Below the pieces are notes generated by a model. It made no database searches. It was given only the letters and a program-made list of their open reading frames with translations, and had not been told where the DNA came from. This document shows, piece by piece, positions 60,533 to 64,000 of a stretch of 64,000 bases of DNA. The stretch comes from Candidatus Aegiribacteria sp. (GTDB lineage: Bacteria; Fermentibacterota; Fermentibacteria; Fermentibacterales; JCC-6). The stretch is from NCBI GenBank assembly GCA_021108005.1, contig JAIORS010000191.1, positions 6,345 through 70,344 on the forward strand, read 5' to 3'. Both the position numbers and the translations under genes were made by a program. Position 1 is the stretch's first letter. Each line of letters opens with the position of its first letter.

Positions 60533-60876
60533 CACGATAACCGATCAGGATGGGAATTCCGACGACCTTTTCGGAAGCTTGAGTTAATTTCTAAATCCCT
60601 TTGAGGTTTTCTCTCAGCCTCTGCACGGGATCATCCGATTTCGTTATTGCACTTTGGATTCGGACCTCAGATCGAAGATCTGAATGGTGAGTTTATCCTG
60701 AGCGAGCGAAGCGAGTCGAAGGGAATCCCGTCGGGCGTTGATTCAATAGTATACACTTCAAATCATAGATTAATTTCAATAGACTTTATTTTCACAACTT
60801 GAACGATGCAATTCATTGTAGTGACCCCTTTACAGAAATCAAGCTCTACGCATACTCATGTATGGAAGTAGGCAAG

Positions 60877-62006
60877 ATGAACGCGAAAAAACCACTCTCT
60901 GAAACCCATCCGGAAGTAGCTGCACAGTGGCACCCATCAAAAAATGGAAATCTCAAACCTGATGATGTTACTTATGGTATGCGTAAGAATGTCTGGTGGA
61001 TTTGTGATAATGGACACGAATGGTGTGATACTATTGGACATAGATCTCGCGGAAGAGGTTGACCATTTTGTTCTGGAAGACGTCCAAGTGCTGAATACAA
61101 TCTAGCATCAATCAATCCAGAAATAGCCAGTGAATGGCATCCAGAGAAAAATGGTTCTGAAAAGCCTGAACACTTCACCCCTGGTAGCAGTAAAAAAGCA
61201 TGGTGGATTTGTGACAAAGGTCATGAATGGAAAGCTAATATTAGCAGTCGAAATAGGGGAGCAGGCTGTCCATATTGTAGTGGTAATAAGCTCGCATATG
61301 AGAATAGTCTTGAAGTTAAATATCCAGATTTATCAAAGCAATGGAATATAGAAAGAAATGGATTACTGAAACCTTCAGAGGTAAGTCCTGGATCTCAGAG
61401 AAAAGTATGGTGGATATGCGAGAATGGGCATGAATGGGATGCGTATATCGCTAATAGGGTTAGAGGTGGAGGTTGTCCATTCTGTAATACTCAGTCATCT
61501 AAGCTTGAAATACGGGTCTATTGCGAGTTGAAAGCAAGTACTATGGAGAAAAGTACAATGGTTACGAGCTTGATGTATTCCTTGTTAAAGAGAAGATTGG
61601 TATCGAAATCGATGGAGGATATTGGCATAAAGACAAAGTATGCCAGGACAGGAAGAAGAATGAAACTCTCAAGACTCAAGGCATAACCGTTGTCAGGCTT
61701 AGAGGTGAAGGTTTGAGCAAGCTATCACCATTCGATTCATGTTACAAAAAGAATGAGCGTCACAAAGTAATCATTAATAGGTTATTAGAGGGTATGTTAG
61801 AGAACTCTTTACTCAATAAGAATGCAGTTCGAATCATGCAAGAGTACATTACTGAGAATAAGTACAGATCGCTGTCCGAGTATAGACGTATACTGGAATA
61901 TTTACCTGGACCAATGCCCGAGAAATCCTTGCAATCACAAAGGCCCGATATTGCCTCAGAATGGCATCCAACAAAAAATGAACCCCTTACACCTACTATG
62001 TTCTAA
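60877..62006 (+). pseudogene. Zinc-ribbon-repeat / DUF559 (Vsr-like endonuclease fold) gene, disrupted
   Basis: Repeats of WHPxKNG...P....GS.KKVWWICxxGHEW....RxRGxGCPxC. In-frame TGA at 61060 where the repeat consensus needs Cys. Frame switches between the last Zn ribbon (frame 1) and the YELDVFLVKEKIGIEIDGGYWH endonuclease-like domain (frame 3). The 3' end is cut by repeat copy 2. Confidence 0.55.
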
Positions 62007-62533
62007 CAATAGGAAAGTGGATTTTTCGTAATACCATTACCTGCTCCCAAAGCAGTAAATATTTCCCAATAAACCTCCGATGTCCTGCCTGATTAGGTAA
62101 ATGTGTTTAATTATGGGTCTTTCCTGCTAATGCGGTAGATATCCAGATACCGCAATTGCCGTGCGTAGATCGGGCAAGTTCGTTATTCCAACGCCATTGA
62201 CGGCTCTAATATAACTAAATAGATTTGTGATATAACCAAATGTATATGTTATATAACTGAAATATTTAGTTCATACAGGAGAAATACCGATATGGAAACA
62301 TACGATTTTAGTTTTATCTACGCTCTTCTGGGAGAGACTGTGTCCAGAACTCTTTTCTACATTGCAAGGTTCGGTGATTCCTATCCTACGGAGATAGCGA
62401 ATAACTTCTTAATGAACCAGCAAAGGGTTCAGTATCGGATGGAAAAGCTCGAGGATGCCGGGATACTAAAGAGCAAACTCGTCGGCAGGACAAGGCTGTA
62501 CAGGATTAATCCCCGGTACGTTTTGAAGAATGA
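62005..62533. repeat. 529-bp direct repeat, copy 2
   Basis: Identical to 57840..58368. Confidence 0.85.
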
Positions 62534-62663
62534 GCTGATGAATTTACTGCAGAAGGCTCTTGAATATCTTCCAGAGGAAGAAATAGAATCATTTTATACG
62601 AAGAGGAGAAGGCCACGGACAAAGGGAAAGACACTGAAAAGATATCGAGGGAATGCGGAATAG
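62292..62663 (+). CDS. Small winged-helix DNA-binding protein (putative regulator or antitoxin)
   Basis: LLGETVSRTLFYIARFGDSYPTEIANNFLMNQQRVQYRMEKLEDAGILKSKLVGRTRLYRINP wHTH pattern, basic C-terminal tail. Confidence 0.5.
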   Translation: METYDFSFIYALLGETVSRTLFYIARFGDSYPTEIANNFLMNQQRVQYRMEKLEDAGILKSKLVGRTRLYRINPRYVLKNELMNLLQKALEYLPEEEIESFYTKRRRPRTKGKTLKRYRGNAE

Positions 62664-63169
62664 CTGATCTTGCTGCAATAATATGCCAGCATCTTGCGAA
62701 TAGAGAAATCCACGCTGTCCTCACGGGTGGTGCTGTAGTATCGATTTACTCGGATGACCGCTATCTTACTGCTGATCTTGATTTCATTACCCTCAGTAGC
62801 ATGAAACGAGTAAAGGTAGCTCTTGAAGAGCTTGGATTCCATAAAGAGATGGGACGCTATTTCTCACATCCTGATACAGAACTCCTGATAGAATTTCCGC
62901 CCGGTCCGCTATCTATCGGTTATTCCCCTGTTTCCAGTACACACAAAATAACAATCGGGAATTCCACACTCAACCTTCTCACACCAACCCAGTGCGTCAT
63001 GGACAGGCTGGCAGCCTTCTACCACTGGGATGATATACAGTCTCTGGCACAGGCTATACTCGTTGCTACACTTCATGATGTGGACATGGAATACATTGCT
63101 GAGTGGTCCATCATAGAAGGAAAAAGTGAACTGTTCAACCACTTCAGAGATAAATTGAATAAACAATAG
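62564..63169 (+). CDS. Nucleotidyltransferase-fold protein (minimal NTase, GG...D.D motif), translation start unresolved
   Basis: Open frame from 62564. REIHAVLTGGAVVSIYSDDRYLTADLDFI is the NTase hG[GS]-x9-13-DhD core. No ATG/GTG/TTG occurs upstream of this motif; the first ATG (62801) lies after it. The frame overlaps the 3' end of the wHTH ORF in the -1 frame. Confidence 0.4.
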   Translation: MSSRGRNRIILYEEEKATDKGKDTEKISRECGIADLAAIICQHLANREIHAVLTGGAVVSIYSDDRYLTADLDFITLSSMKRVKVALEELGFHKEMGRYFSHPDTELLIEFPPGPLSIGYSPVSSTHKITIGNSTLNLLTPTQCVMDRLAAFYHWDDIQSLAQAILVATLHDVDMEYIAEWSIIEGKSELFNHFRDKLNKQ

Positions 63170-63279
63170 GAAAGTGGAATTTTCGTAATCCCATTGATAT
63201 CTTCGATCAAAAAGTATGCGGACCAATACGGCAGAAAACGCCCCTTGCAAAATAGTGAACATTTGTTTACATATATGCC

Positions 63280-64000
63280 ATGGAATATGTCATTACACCT
63301 GTTCGAAGCTGGTACTCCTTCAGGTACGGTGTTGAGTCCCCCACGCAGCTTGCTGAAGGAATTGCCAGGTGTGGTTACGCCGGAGGAATTCTTTCGGATG
63401 CCGGAGTTGTAACCGGACAGCTGGAATATGCCGCGGCATGCAGGGAAAACGGTATCATCGGGGCTGCGGGAGTTAAGCTGAGGATTAAAGGGATAGAAGT
63501 AGTTTTTGCAGCTCTTGAAGGAGGATGGGGGAATCTTTGCGGTCTCATAACCTCTGCAACTGTCCCTGATAGGATCTCGACCGAGGAATCACTGCCCCTG
63601 TGTGTGAACATGGCAGCGATTGTCGAAAAACCTTCCGGGGCAGAAATGCTGGAACATGAGATGGGTTTCTCCGGGCAGCTGTTCGTATCTGTTTTCCCCG
63701 AATGCATATCCGGCAGAAAGCCAGGCATGGTAGAGCGTGAGATACTTGAACAGGGATATCGTCCGATTGCATCCTGGCCTGTTGTATTTACAACTACCGA
63801 AAGCATAAACACACACAGGATTCTTCGCAGAGGATATCTGGCCATAGAGAAAAAGAAAATTGATCCGATGGAATTCTCGGGTAAGAATAATGTATTGCCC
63901 GATGTTGATGTGTTCAAAAGGAGTTTCCGCGGTGCTGAGCGTTCATTGATGGGAAACAGGCAGTTGGCGGGAATGATTTCAACGGAACCTGTAAAAGAAG
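63280..64000 (+). CDS. DnaE-type DNA polymerase N-terminus (degenerate PHP domain, DnaE2/ImuC-like), 3'-partial
   Basis: Frame open from the ATG at 63280 to the window edge. MEYVITPVRSWYSFRYGVESPTQLAEGIARCGYAGGILSDAGVVTGQLEYAAACRENGI matches the DnaE N-terminal PHP layout (cf. ELHCHSxFSxLDGA...ALAITDHG) with PHP metal ligands substituted. Confidence 0.5.
   Translation, partial: MEYVITPVRSWYSFRYGVESPTQLAEGIARCGYAGGILSDAGVVTGQLEYAAACRENGIIGAAGVKLRIKGIEVVFAALEGGWGNLCGLITSATVPDRISTEESLPLCVNMAAIVEKPSGAEMLEHEMGFSGQLFVSVFPECISGRKPGMVEREILEQGYRPIASWPVVFTTTESINTHRILRRGYLAIEKKKIDPMEFSGKNNVLPDVDVFKRSFRGAERSLMGNRQLAGMISTEPVKE

Noticed and set aside
60640-60725. Low-complexity GAGCGAGCGAAGCGAGTCGAAGGGAATCCCGTCGGGCG segment upstream of the Zn-ribbon pseudogene
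   Set aside because: No tRNA-like cloverleaf, no repeat partner in the window, and no ORF support; it could not be assigned.
61060-61062. In-frame TGA read as selenocysteine or recoded codon
   Set aside because: TGA terminates many clearly complete genes in the window (dnaK, several ribosome-coupled overlaps). The position corresponds to an ordinary zinc-ligand Cys, and the same gene also has a frameshift and a truncation. Nonsense mutation or sequencing error is more parsimonious.

Overview
This 64-kb window looks like bacterial chromosome, dense with housekeeping operons. Type IX secretion (T9SS) C-terminal sorting domains on two secreted proteins suggest an FCB-superphylum-like, probably uncultivated lineage. 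TGA is used as a normal stop codon. All functional calls are from reading the translated ORFs by eye; no database search was run.

Confident core genes:
- uvrA
- a canonical dnaK-grpE-dnaJ operon
- metK
- holB-ricT(PSP1)-metG, with Firmicutes-like synteny
- a ribD-ribE-ribBA-ribH-nusB riboflavin operon
- rpiB, wecB, butyrate kinase, phosphate butyryltransferase, a lysine 6-aminotransferase-like class III aminotransferase, and a B12-type acyl-CoA mutase catalytic subunit
- a type-2 Asp/Asn-tRNA synthetase
- M23, M50 and YugP-type peptidases, and two GT4 glycosyltransferases

Most interesting non-core content:
1. A second, divergent Hsp70 machine (46.5-51.2 kb, minus strand). It is a four-gene operon: a GrpE-like protein, a lidless Hsp70 paralog, a DjlA-like membrane protein (TM + TerB-like + C-terminal J-like domain whose HPD motif is replaced by HSNPE), and a soluble M48-type HExxH metallopeptidase fused to a TerB-like domain.
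2. A REP-associated tyrosine transposase (RAYT, IS200-like HuH plus DnaA-type HTH) flanked by perfect 30-bp inverted repeats.
3. GGGTC-headed repeats and a MITE-like structure (27-bp TIRs) scattered in intergenic regions, which may be the RAYT's REP substrates.
4. A decaying region at 57.8-63.3 kb bounded by two identical 529-bp direct repeats. It carries a truncated wHTH duplicate, an NHL-lipoprotein fragment, a zinc-ribbon/DUF559-like pseudogene (in-frame TGA at a Cys position plus a frameshift), a wHTH gene followed by a nucleotidyltransferase-fold ORF with no canonical start, and the 5' part of a DnaE2/ImuC-like polymerase.
5. An orphan Hpt + receiver pair whose receiver carries a conserved Cys4 tail.
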